The position numbers and the translations under genes were made by a program. This document shows positions 47,517 through 56,888 of a stretch of 64,000 nt of DNA, piece by piece. This DNA comes from an uncultured virus (IMG/VR IMGVR_UViG_3300032397_003421) (taxonomy: Duplodnaviria > Heunggongvirae > Uroviricota > Caudoviricetes), in the IMG/VR virus record IMGVR_UViG_3300032397_003421; one strand, given 5' to 3'. The notes under the pieces are model-generated. The model ran no database searches. It saw nothing but the letters and a program-made list of their open reading frames with translations, and had not been told where the DNA came from. Positions within the stretch are counted from its first letter, which is position 1. Each line of letters opens with the position of its first letter.

Positions 47517-48869
47517 TTAGTAAGACCTATATATTTCGTTACTTAGTATTTTTTCTATATTATTAAATTCTGTATAAGGTATTCTTAACAAAGGCATACC
47601 ATTAGTTTTACAGTAATTAGTTTTAATAGAGTCTTTCTCTCTCTGAATTTTCAAACTTTTGTCGCCTCCCCAATAAACAACAGGTTTAAAATGTTGTGCA
47701 CCATCATATTCAATACACATATTAAAATCAGGAAGATAGAAATCAAATTTCAATAACCCTTTATATATACACCCCTTAAATGTTTTCTGTTTCTCATAAG
47801 TAATAGATTGCTGATCAAGAATACTCGATATAGTGTTTTCACCCCTAAAATTTAAACATTTTGAACAACCTGACCCAGAAGAATGAACTTTAGCTGACTG
47901 ATAAAATTCTCCATGTTTAGGACATATAATCAACATCTTTTCAAATGCCCCTTTATAAACAGATTTTGAATAATCATAATAATTCTTATGCGTTTCATTA
48001 CATTCTTTAAAAAACGTAGAGCTATCTTTCAGTAAAATATTTTTTGTTCTTTCTGTTCCACACTTAGAACACCCTTGTCCTCCTAAATGGTTTGCTATTG
48101 ACATAGAAAATGATCCATGTATTGAACATATTAGATGAGCTTTCTCTCTAAGTGGACATAATTCTAGTTTTGAATAATCATATTTATTATTGTGAATACT
48201 ATTTAATTTGTTTATCAAAGTTTCCTTTGTATATTTTCTTTCTCCAATATCTGAACAATAATAACAATTTATAGTTCTATTACGTAGTAAAACTATGGAA
48301 TCAAAAAATATAACACCACACTTTTTGCATCTAATTTCTCCTTTTGTGTGAACACCCTCATACTCAAAATTAGAAAAATCAAGATTAGAGAATTTTAGAG
48401 CCACTTCCTCAAGATTATTATATTTTTTAAATTTTTCTGATAGGGCTATATTTTTACAAATAGGACAACCTCTCCCTAATAAGTGATTTGCAGGAGCCTG
48501 TTCAAAATCACCATGCAATCTACAAGTAATAATTACTTTCTTTTTCTTAGTTGTACAAACTACTTTGCTATACAAATAAGTATCTCCATGAATAGCCTTA
48601 AATTGAACTAAAAGGTCTTTTAAATCAAGTTGATATCTACTAGAGTTTTTATTCCCTTTGCACTTAGAGCATCCACAACCTTTTAAATGGTTTTTTGGTG
48701 TTTGCTCAAAATCACCATGAATAGGACAAGTAATTATAATATTAGTGTAGGTATTATTATACAAACTTTTCTCATAAGAATATTTACATATCGCCCGTAA
48801 AGCTACAATCTCTTTAGAGTTGTAGATGTAAGGGCGATATGTAAATTTAATTTTTAATAAAATATACAA
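47517..48869 (-). CDS. homing-endonuclease-like protein (DUF723-like repeats + PD-(D/E)xK domain); 5' end split by IS605
   Basis: Repeated YDYSK..I.C..HG.F....HL.G.GC..C units; C-terminal GE...FDFYL...IEYDG.QH...D..K...LLRIPY. Confidence 0.8.
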   Translation of the reverse strand: MYILLKIKFTYRPYIYNSKEIVALRAICKYSYEKSLYNNTYTNIIITCPIHGDFEQTPKNHLKGCGCSKCKGNKNSSRYQLDLKDLLVQFKAIHGDTYLYSKVVCTTKKKKVIITCRLHGDFEQAPANHLLGRGCPICKNIALSEKFKKYNNLEEVALKFSNLDFSNFEYEGVHTKGEIRCKKCGVIFFDSIVLLRNRTINCYYCSDIGERKYTKETLINKLNSIHNNKYDYSKLELCPLREKAHLICSIHGSFSMSIANHLGGQGCSKCGTERTKNILLKDSSTFFKECNETHKNYYDYSKSVYKGAFEKMLIICPKHGEFYQSAKVHSSGSGCSKCLNFRGENTISSILDQQSITYEKQKTFKGCIYKGLLKFDFYLPDFNMCIEYDGAQHFKPVVYWGGDKSLKIQREKDSIKTNYCKTNGMPLLRIPYTEFNNIEKILSNEIYRSY

Positions 48870-48929
48870 TATTATTGTAACATTTATAATATAATAATAT
48901 AATAATACTAATATATAAAGAGGATATTT

Positions 48930-49100
48930 ATGGAATACGAAAAAATAATATTTAATTTTCTAAAAGAATATAAAAGAAAACTTGAAAAAGTGGTAGCAAT
49001 GGAAAATATAGAAAGAGAAAAAAGTATAACTTTAACAGATTTAATATCTGAAACTTTAATTAAGGAATTTGATTTAGATAATGAAAAGACATCACTATAA
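48930..49100 (+). CDS. 56-aa possible ribbon-helix-helix protein inside the IS
   Basis: MEYEKIIFNFLKEYKRKLEKVVAMEN...ITLTDLISETLIKEF; GAGG RBS; overlaps tnpA start. Confidence 0.5.
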   Translation: MEYEKIIFNFLKEYKRKLEKVVAMENIEREKSITLTDLISETLIKEFDLDNEKTSL

Positions 49101-49479
49101 ATCAGATTGTAATTATCATATTATTATATGTCCAAAATATAGACATAAAGTAATGCATAATGAAATTAAAGATTCCTTGAAAATTAAATTTAAAGAAATC
49201 TGCGATAATTATAATTATGAGCTTTTAGATTTTTCTATTGAAATAGACCATGTTCATTTTGCCTTAAAACTACAACCAACTTATTCTATAGGCTCGGTTG
49301 TTAGAAACTTAAAGTCTATTACTGGATATTATTTGTTTAAAGATTTCCCTATTTTAAGAAAAAAATATTTTTGGAATAGTGGATTTTGGACTAATGGGTA
49401 TTTTGTTTCAACGGTAGGTCATGTCTCAAAAGAAAAAATTATGGAATATATAAAATCACAAGAAAATTATGATAACTAA
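49081..49479 (+). CDS. tnpA: IS200-type HUH (Y1) transposase
   Basis: YHIIICPKYR, DHVH, LKS, FWTNGYFVSTVG, YIKSQ. Confidence 0.95.
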   Translation: MKRHHYKSDCNYHIIICPKYRHKVMHNEIKDSLKIKFKEICDNYNYELLDFSIEIDHVHFALKLQPTYSIGSVVRNLKSITGYYLFKDFPILRKKYFWNSGFWTNGYFVSTVGHVSKEKIMEYIKSQENYDN

Positions 49480-50713
49480 AAATCAACAAATAAAGGATTC
49501 TCTTTCTGCTACAAGAGAAAAAAGAAAAACACAAACTTGTAAAGTTTATGAGTTGAAGTTGTCTGAAAATAAGTTCAATTTAAAACAAATTGATTTTTTG
49601 CATAGGATTTTCCTTGAAGCAAAATGGGTATATAATGATATTTTAAATTTTAATGATTTAAAAAACTATGATTGCAAAAAGAAAGAAGTAGAAATTATAA
49701 ATAAAGAGAAAGAAAAGGAAATAAGAGAATTAAAAGTTTTAGGTAGTCAAATTAAACAAGAAATATTACAAAGAACATGGTGTTCTATTAAGTCTCTTTC
49801 TACTAAAAAGAAAAAAGGCAAAACAAAACAAGTAGGTAGACTAAAATTTAAAAGTCAAGTGAACTCTATTCCACTAAAACAATATGGAATAACTTATAAG
49901 TTTCAAGATGGTGGTTTAAAAATACAAAATTGTAAATTCTTATTTCAAATTAAAGGATTAAAACAAATTCCAAAAGAAGCTGAATTTGCAAATGCTAATT
50001 TGATTAGAAAACCTTCTGGATATTATCTCAAGGTTACCTGTTTTCTTCCAAAAGAAAATAAAGAGATAAGCAAAGAAATAATAGGTATTGATTTTGGAAT
50101 TAAAGATGATTTAGTTTTGAGCAATGGAATTAAATTTCAAACAAAATTCACAACATCCTCCGAAATTAAAAGAGAGCAAAGAAAATTATCTAAAAAGAAA
50201 AAAGGTAGTCATAATTATTGGAAACAAAAAAATAAAGTAGCTTTAGCTTATGGGAAACAAAATAATAAAAAACAAGATTGCAAAAATAAAATTGTAAATT
50301 ATTTAAAAAATAATTATTCTCATATAGCAATTCAAAATGAAAATATAAAAGGATGGCATTCAGGACTATTTGGAAAACAAGTGCAACAATCAATTTTGGG
50401 TGGAATAATTTTGGAATTAAAACAACTTCCGCAGACACACATAGTTGATAGATTTTTCCCAAGTACAAAACTTTGTCCTGAATGTGGGACTTTAAACAAA
50501 CCAACTTTAGCAGATAGAGTATATTTTTGTGACTGTGGGTATTCTCAAGATAGAGATATTCATTCTGCAAAAAATATTCTTTTAGAAACAATACCTATGG
50601 AATGTAGGAAATTTAAGCCTGTGGAGTTTAACATCTCTGCAATAGATTATTTAAAATCTTTTGTAAGTGTGAACTGTGAAGCAGGAAGATACAACTCTTT
50701 AGAGTTGTGTTAG
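49469..50713 (+). CDS. tnpB: TnpB nuclease
   Basis: IGIDFG, AIQNE (atypical RuvC-II), PSTKLCPEC, CDCG..DRDIHSA. Confidence 0.9.
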   Translation: MITKNQQIKDSLSATREKRKTQTCKVYELKLSENKFNLKQIDFLHRIFLEAKWVYNDILNFNDLKNYDCKKKEVEIINKEKEKEIRELKVLGSQIKQEILQRTWCSIKSLSTKKKKGKTKQVGRLKFKSQVNSIPLKQYGITYKFQDGGLKIQNCKFLFQIKGLKQIPKEAEFANANLIRKPSGYYLKVTCFLPKENKEISKEIIGIDFGIKDDLVLSNGIKFQTKFTTSSEIKREQRKLSKKKKGSHNYWKQKNKVALAYGKQNNKKQDCKNKIVNYLKNNYSHIAIQNENIKGWHSGLFGKQVQQSILGGIILELKQLPQTHIVDRFFPSTKLCPECGTLNKPTLADRVYFCDCGYSQDRDIHSAKNILLETIPMECRKFKPVEFNISAIDYLKSFVSVNCEAGRYNSLELC

Positions 50714-51062
50714 TTCACAATTTTCACAAATATAAATAACTTTAGTTATATCCACATACTTATATCCAGAGTTACTCATATATTTAACTTTGGTTTTAAA
50801 TTCTCTATCAAATTTCTAGTTGTAATTACATCATTACATATATACTCTATTTTGTCAAGTTAATTTTTCCTACAATCAAGGACATCATAGTGTATACATT
50901 TCATTTCCAAAATTGATACCATTTTTTAACTGACAGTCTGTTGTCTAATTCTTGTATACATTGTTCATGCCTTAATATTATTTTTTTCAATGGATCTTCG
51001 ATAGAGTCTCTATATTCTTCAATTATTTTTTCAATTTCTTTAAACATTTTGTCCATTTTCAC

Positions 51063-51250
51063 TTATTCTCCTTTAATAATAATAAATTTTACATTAGAAG
51101 CAGAGCAATCAAGTGCATCATATTTATTATTTAATTCAAGCTTGAGTTCTGGATAAGAGAGTATACCATTTTCGCAAACTATCTTTATTTCTTTTTCCAT
51201 ATAACTTTCTTTATAGCTTTGAAGTTTATTTATAAATTGTCTTAATGTCA
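51063..51250 (-). CDS. hypothetical protein (likely start MTLRQF)
   Basis: AAGGAG RBS before ATG at 51250. Confidence 0.55.
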
Positions 51251-51273
51251 TTTTCTTCTCCTTTATTGTTGCC

Positions 51274-51313
51274 AAATGTATCGTTTTGTTGATGCCAACA
51301 AAACGATACATTT
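51274..51313. repeat. perfect 18-bp inverted repeat with 4-nt loop
   Basis: AAATGTATCGTTTTGTTG-ATGC-CAACAAAACGATACATTT. Confidence 0.9.
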
Positions 51314-51326
51314 ATTGCTTGTGCAT

Positions 51327-51548
51327 CTAGCCATACCCATGCCCAGACCCATCTCCAGACCCAGACCCATCTCCAGACCCATACCCATCTCCAGACCCAT
51401 ACCCATCTCCAGACCCAGACCCATACCCATACCCATACCTAGACCCATACCCATGCCCAGACCTATCTCCAGACCCAGACCCATACCCATGCCCAGACCT
51501 ATCTCCAGACCCATACCCATACCCGGTATCAATTATTATTTTTTCCAT
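51327..51548 (-). CDS. Gly-x (GYG/GSG/GDG) low-complexity protein
   Basis: 6-nt tandem repeats; overlaps the stop of the DUF6948-like gene. Confidence 0.65.
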   Translation of the reverse strand: MEKIIIDTGYGYGSGDRSGHGYGSGSGDRSGHGYGSRYGYGYGSGSGDGYGSGDGYGSGDGSGSGDGSGHGYG

Positions 51549-51835
51549 TCCGGAACTGCCTTAATAGATTTTTCGGCGGCTTTGCTAACCGAAATAATCT
51601 CAATCGCTTGCAATAATTCCACCTCTTTCATCGGCATCGGGAATTTGCAATTTAAAGGGTCTTTCGTCCCCTCTTCTGCAAGTTGTGACAAAGAAGCGGC
51701 TCCCGACCAATACCATATACGTATTGCATTTAACAAAACAACTTCTTGTCCTTTTCTGCTTTTTAAATTTCCTGCAAAAACACCGGCAGAATATGTCCGT
51801 ACTATTACATATTTTCCTTTTTCAGTCTTTTCCAT
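51536..51835 (-). CDS. DUF6948-like protein
   Basis: YVIVRTYSAGVFAG...WYWSGAASLSQLAEEG. Confidence 0.8.
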   Translation of the reverse strand: MEKTEKGKYVIVRTYSAGVFAGNLKSRKGQEVVLLNAIRIWYWSGAASLSQLAEEGTKDPLNCKFPMPMKEVELLQAIEIISVSKAAEKSIKAVPEWKK

Positions 51836-51845
51836 ATTTAATCTC

Positions 51846-52421
51846 CTATTCTCCTTTAAAATATTTTTGTAATTCTTCTGCTGTTGCTAATCTCATATTC
51901 CCCTTAGTTGATCTCCATCCAGAAGTAGTCACAACATTACGCTCAACATAAATTAAGGTATCTATATTGTTTTCTTCTTTATTGAATAGATAAATATCTC
52001 CTATATCTTTTCTCGTACAAGCCAAAGAATCATCAATAACAATATCATCAAATGATTTCCATATAGTCTTAGTTCCAGTACAATCAAGTTTATGTCCAAA
52101 TTGAATTGTACTTTTAGTACTATGACATTCTATTCCATACATAGAACAATCAGGACAACTACCAAGTTGTCTTAAATAATTCTTTCCTTTATATGATAAT
52201 ACATTATGTATTATAAGAGGGGTCTCTTGTTTATCTGGAATATACATCCATATATCAACAATCCATTTTTTACCCTCTTGATCATCGTAATATTCAAGCA
52301 TACAATTATCATAATTGCTCCAATATCCAACATGATATCCACTTTCATAATGATTATCTGGTGTATGAAATAACACTGAAATTTTTTCTTCAGGTTGTTT
52401 ATTTTTTATATTATACCACAT
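51846..52421 (-). CDS. hypothetical protein with DUF551-like N-terminus
   Basis: W..IK.KQPE...VL...W.YIP. Confidence 0.6.
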   Translation of the reverse strand: MWYNIKNKQPEEKISVLFHTPDNHYESGYHVGYWSNYDNCMLEYYDDQEGKKWIVDIWMYIPDKQETPLIIHNVLSYKGKNYLRQLGSCPDCSMYGIECHSTKSTIQFGHKLDCTGTKTIWKSFDDIVIDDSLACTRKDIGDIYLFNKEENNIDTLIYVERNVVTTSGWRSTKGNMRLATAEELQKYFKGE

Positions 52422-52446
52422 TTTTAATTCCTCTTTAAAAATTTAT

Positions 52447-52653
52447 TTATCCTTTTTTTTTGATTATAATTATATTATTAATAGAAATTAAAATCATCAT
52501 AAAAAATATACCATAACCAAACAAAATAATAAAGAAAGAAAATATACAATCCATAAGTGTAATATCATCTTCTTCATATGTAACTATCATTCGAAACATA
52601 AGTAAAGCTCCAATTATACCTGCTATAAGATAACTTATCCAAAATGCTGTCAT
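52447..52653 (-). CDS. small membrane protein
   Basis: Two hydrophobic segments. Confidence 0.55.
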   Translation of the reverse strand: MTAFWISYLIAGIIGALLMFRMIVTYEEDDITLMDCIFSFFIILFGYGIFFMMILISINNIIIIKKKG

Positions 52654-52741
52654 TATTTAACCTTCCTATTACAAATGTTATTTCTTCTTTAAAAAATTAA
52701 ATTTAAAAAAATTAACTTTAAAATTTTTTTCTATTTTTCTT

Positions 52742-52948
52742 TCATTTTAAACTTGTTAAAGAAGTTACCTTAATTTCTTTATTATAATTCTCATAAGAAT
52801 CACAAGAAGTTAAAAGAGTAGTATATTCTATATCTTTATTTTTTTCTGTTAATTTAACAAATTCTTCATCTATTCGTTCTAATTCTTGCATAATTTCTTT
52901 TAAAGTATTTCTTATTTTATTGATAGTTTCTTCTGATACTTCTTTCAT
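52742..52948 (-). CDS. hypothetical protein
   Basis: AAGGA RBS; sigma70-like promoter upstream. Confidence 0.55.
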   Translation of the reverse strand: MKEVSEETINKIRNTLKEIMQELERIDEEFVKLTEKNKDIEYTTLLTSCDSYENYNKEIKVTSLTSLK

Positions 52949-53020
52949 TTTATTTTTTCCTTACTTAAATTATTTTTTATATAAAATATAAAGAATTTTT
53001 GAAAAATTAAACTTTATTTT

Positions 53021-54313
53021 TTAAATTGTTCTTTTATTTCCGTGTACCCCTTTAAATATTGGGAATCTTAAACTATAATTTCCATCCTGGTTCTTTGTCT
53101 CTTCGAAGTATTTAACAGTAATAATCATATCTTTTATTAAACTAGGATTATTATAGAATTCATTCCTCTGTTCAATAGTAAATCCACTTCCAATTGATAC
53201 TCTATTACCTTTATGTTCTATAATAACATTAGTTAAAGTATCTATAGTTTTTTCAAGTTTTGTATCTTTATCTATTATTCTAAAAGGACCAAATTTAACA
53301 TCAAGGACTTTGTATTCCTCATCCATCATTTTTTTAACTTTTAACAAATCATTTGATCTCTTCCCTTTATAGGAAGAATCTTTTCTAAGAATCAATCCCT
53401 CCCAATTTTTGTCTTCTGCTTCTTTACTTAATTCAACAAATTGTTCCATTGATTCTATTTTAATTTGTTTAAGCATTTCTATTGCTGTTCCTTGATATCT
53501 ATTTAGAGTCTTTTTTAAATATTCTAATCTCTTTGAAAATATAGTATCGCTCTGCTGTTTAAAAAAGTCTTCGTATTTAATCTGATCGAATACAAGATAC
53601 TTTGGATTAGGTATATCAAAATCTTTTTTACGTATAAGTTTCATAATACTTTGGAAGTTTTCAATTCCGTTTGTATCTATTATACAGATTTCACCATCAA
53701 GTACAACATTTTTAAGATTCATTGTTTGTATTTCTTTTCTCAATACTCCAAGAGTTTCAAATTCATTTCCCTGTCTACTATAGAATTTTATATCTCCATC
53801 TTTATTTATTATGGTGAGACACCTACATCCATCAAGTTTATGTGAAGAGTAATAACCATCTTTAACAAGATCAACTTTGTTTTTAACATCCTCCCAGCTA
53901 TTCGCCAAAGCAACTTCAAAGGTAGGAATAAGTCCAGGATATATATCATTTATAATTTTATCCCCTACCCTACATTCAAGGTCTTTATCAATTATCTTAT
54001 AAAGAATGTCTTCATATTCTGAGTGATCTTTTATAAATCTATTACAGTATGATATTGCATCATGCCCTGTAATAAGTCTTTTATTAAGAGCGTCTAACAA
54101 CATAAATACATCTCCATAAGTACCTTCAGATAGAAGAGTAATATTCTTTTTAAGATTTGCACTTGATACATAATACATCTTAAAGGGATTATATACAATT
54201 TCTAACATATCTTTCATCTCTGGAAATTTTTTCAGTACTTCTTTTTTATCAAGAGTACTATTTGTTGTATTCATTTCTTCTATGAATTGTTTTGTAATTT
54301 CTAATATATTCAT
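53021..54313 (-). CDS. ATP-dependent DNA ligase
   Basis: KLDGCR (motif I), LDGEI (III), VFD (IIIa), EGLILR (IV), LLKVK (V), LRFP (VI). Confidence 0.95.
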   Translation of the reverse strand: MNILEITKQFIEEMNTTNSTLDKKEVLKKFPEMKDMLEIVYNPFKMYYVSSANLKKNITLLSEGTYGDVFMLLDALNKRLITGHDAISYCNRFIKDHSEYEDILYKIIDKDLECRVGDKIINDIYPGLIPTFEVALANSWEDVKNKVDLVKDGYYSSHKLDGCRCLTIINKDGDIKFYSRQGNEFETLGVLRKEIQTMNLKNVVLDGEICIIDTNGIENFQSIMKLIRKKDFDIPNPKYLVFDQIKYEDFFKQQSDTIFSKRLEYLKKTLNRYQGTAIEMLKQIKIESMEQFVELSKEAEDKNWEGLILRKDSSYKGKRSNDLLKVKKMMDEEYKVLDVKFGPFRIIDKDTKLEKTIDTLTNVIIEHKGNRVSIGSGFTIEQRNEFYNNPSLIKDMIITVKYFEETKNQDGNYSLRFPIFKGVHGNKRTI

Positions 54314-54329
54314 TTTTTTAATTCTCCTT

Positions 54330-55517
54330 TTAATTTAATTCTACTAAATATTTAATTGTACATTGTTCAGATTTATAAACTATGAATTCATTATTTATAA
54401 GATCAATTCCCCCTTTTGCAAATAATGAATCATAGTCTCCTTTAGACTTAAGATTTTGATATGACATAGAATACATTTCTGAAGTATGTTTATCAACTCG
54501 ATACTCCATTCCTGTATTAACTTCATATAACGCCATAAAAGCTTGTTTAGCATTCCCCTTTACCCAATAACTACCGCTTAATGAGGTATAACCCAATGCC
54601 TTCTTGCATTTATCCGCCATGTATATACCATCACCAAACATACTTCCTGTATGTACTGCTCCTGTAGGTCTTATAAGCAAACTTGATTTAAGTATATTAA
54701 GCCAATTTTCATTTCTACTACCATGCCATAAAAGTTTAGTCCAGTGTTTTACAGATTCTTTTTTCTGAACTTCAAATTTATCTTTTGATACTTTATGAAT
54801 TACTTCATATAATCCACTAAATTTATTTGATTCTGTTCCCATCATTTCTTTAACTTTATCAATTACTATTTGATCAGTTACTTTAAAAATCTTAACTCCT
54901 AATATATCTTCTAAAGTTTTATCTGAATCAATAGATGCTGTATTAATACTTACTTGTCCTCTCATTACATCCACTGCATCCTGCTCTCTTTCAAGTATTG
55001 CTTTTCCTTTTATTTTATCACCTATTCCATTAAGAATAAAATCTTGAACTTTTTTCATTTTTCTTGGAATAATAGTATAAAGTTCAGTAAGTTTATCATC
55101 AATATTTGAATTTGAAATTTTTTTATATTTCAACATATCAGCTATTTGATTTAGAATTTCTTGTGCTTTATCAATTTGTGCTTCAGTAACTTGATCCGCT
55201 GAAACTGTATAGTTATCCAATATAGATGCTTTTGAATAACTTTGTAAATCTGAAAGAAGCTTCATTATAGTAGAATTAGTAACATCTTTAAGAACTGCTG
55301 TTTTAATTGTGGATTTAAGACTGGTAATATCTTTATATCCTTTTTTGATTTTACTTTTATATATCTTATCCCAATCTAACATTGGATAAGTCATTGTTTG
55401 TTCAGTTAATCCTACTCTACCATATTTCACTAAAAAAGTAGAATTATTTTCTATCATAGTATAATACTTATTATTATTATTTTCTGAGCTAACCATTATC
55501 AATTCTATTTGTTTCAT
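54330..55517 (-). CDS. PARP-like ADP-ribosyltransferase (WGR + helical + catalytic domains)
   Basis: NNNKYY...YGRVG...KIKKGY (WGR), LYTIIPR (regulatory), LWHGSR..N, MFGDGIYMA...KALGY, NNEFIVY (H-Y-E triad). Confidence 0.9.
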   Translation of the reverse strand: MKQIELIMVSSENNNNKYYTMIENNSTFLVKYGRVGLTEQTMTYPMLDWDKIYKSKIKKGYKDITSLKSTIKTAVLKDVTNSTIMKLLSDLQSYSKASILDNYTVSADQVTEAQIDKAQEILNQIADMLKYKKISNSNIDDKLTELYTIIPRKMKKVQDFILNGIGDKIKGKAILEREQDAVDVMRGQVSINTASIDSDKTLEDILGVKIFKVTDQIVIDKVKEMMGTESNKFSGLYEVIHKVSKDKFEVQKKESVKHWTKLLWHGSRNENWLNILKSSLLIRPTGAVHTGSMFGDGIYMADKCKKALGYTSLSGSYWVKGNAKQAFMALYEVNTGMEYRVDKHTSEMYSMSYQNLKSKGDYDSLFAKGGIDLINNEFIVYKSEQCTIKYLVELN

Positions 55518-55541
55518 TTTATTTCTCCTTAGCTTACTTTA

Positions 55542-56153
55542 TTAAATTGTTAATTCATATCCAACATTATTCATAAATTCAATATATTTACTTTGTATTT
55601 TTGTTCTCCAATATGAAAGATTGGCTGTATGTTTTTCTCCTAATTCTTTTGCTATATCTTGTTTTTTCATATTTGTTTGTAATAAATTTAATAAATTTAA
55701 TTCATAAGAGGTAAGTTGTTTTTTAAAAATTTCTAAATTAGTATTAAATATTAGTATGTCTTCAAAAGATTTTGTTTTATTTTGTACAATAATTTTTTCT
55801 CTATCTACTTCATATATATATTTTTTATTTTTTGTACCTTCATACTTAAAATAAGGCTCGATGTATGATTTAAATATATAACCAAAAGAAAAAGAAGATT
55901 CATTATTTATTTTATTTATATTTACAAATTCAAGAGCTTTGATCATTAAAAAATAACATTCTTGCATATTATCTTCCATACTTGAGAGATATCTATATGC
56001 ATTAGAATACTTTTTACAAAGAGGTGCATATTTTTTATAAAAATAAGTTTCTATTTCTTGTTTCGTTCTCCAATGTGAATTATTCTTATAAATTTCTATT
56101 ACTTCTAAATCTGTTTTGTTTGAATAATTATTTGTTTTTTTCATTGTATACAC
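55542..56153 (-). CDS. sigma70-like RNA polymerase sigma factor
   Basis: Region-2-like YAPLCKKYS...EDNMQECY..MIKAL...F and region-4-like HTH LTSYE...KKQDIAKELG. Confidence 0.7.
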   Translation of the reverse strand: MYTMKKTNNYSNKTDLEVIEIYKNNSHWRTKQEIETYFYKKYAPLCKKYSNAYRYLSSMEDNMQECYFLMIKALEFVNINKINNESSFSFGYIFKSYIEPYFKYEGTKNKKYIYEVDREKIIVQNKTKSFEDILIFNTNLEIFKKQLTSYELNLLNLLQTNMKKQDIAKELGEKHTANLSYWRTKIQSKYIEFMNNVGYELTI

Positions 56154-56269
56154 TCCTACATGTATTTAATTTTTCCTTATTTAATTTTTAAAAAGTTTTT
56201 TTATAATTTGTTATTAAAAATTTTATTTTATTTTTTATTTTTTATTTTTAAGTTTTCTCCTTATTTAAT

Positions 56270-56728
56270 TTATGCTATTTCTATGAAATATGCTATCCCA
56301 GAATCAAATAATTTCCCTTTTTCAAAAAATAATTTAAGTGCTCCTATTTTAACTTCTTGAATATAGTTATAATAACCTTCTTGTAATTTTATACATTTTT
56401 GCAATAATGATTCTACTATCATTTTAACATCATTAGGATGAGTAGTATGAAGATCTTTAAAATTCTTTTTTATAGGAGGAAGTGTTATAATAACTGCGTG
56501 ATTTTGAGTATCTTTTTTATTATGTATGTCTTTTCTCCAATCTATAATAGCACATATACCAGTAGATTTTGACCATATAGCATAAATAGTTGCTTCGTCA
56601 TCATATTCAGTAATTATTTTATTTATTGCATTAGTAATCACTTTATTTACTATTTCTTTTGAAAATTGATCTTTATACCTTTTAACATATTGATCAATAG
56701 CATGATGAGTATCTATTATTTTTCTCAT
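56270..56728 (-). CDS. hypothetical protein, possible RelE/BECR-like RNase fold
   Basis: DTHHA.D.Y..R N-terminus and AVIITL strand. Confidence 0.4.
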   Translation of the reverse strand: MRKIIDTHHAIDQYVKRYKDQFSKEIVNKVITNAINKIITEYDDEATIYAIWSKSTGICAIIDWRKDIHNKKDTQNHAVIITLPPIKKNFKDLHTTHPNDVKMIVESLLQKCIKLQEGYYNYIQEVKIGALKLFFEKGKLFDSGIAYFIEIA

Positions 56729-56888
56729 TCTATTTTCTCCTTACTTACTTTATTAAATCTAATACTAATATAATACCTACGTTAGAAAAGTACAATACTT
56801 TTTTTACTTTTTTTTAAAAAATTCATTTTTTTAGTTATATAAGAAAATGTAGAATAGTTATAAAAATTAAAATATAAAGAAGGAAAAA

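Larger units (their letters stand above)
48788..50718 (+). mobile_element. IS605-group element (small ORF + tnpA + tnpB)
   Basis: TTTAC immediately 5'; left hairpin CTACAATCTCTTTAGAGTTGTAG; right end ACAACTCTTTAGAGTTGTGTTAGTTCAC; removal restores the interrupted reading frame. Confidence 0.9.

Noticed and set aside
51274..51548. Diversity-generating retroelement (hairpin after a variable-looking ORF)
   Set aside because: No reverse transcriptase or TR/VR pair with adenine-specific mismatches is visible in the window.
51263..51951. ORFs 51263..51532, 51276..51872 and 51685..51951
   Set aside because: Alternative-frame or antisense shadows of the Gly-repeat and DUF6948-like genes.
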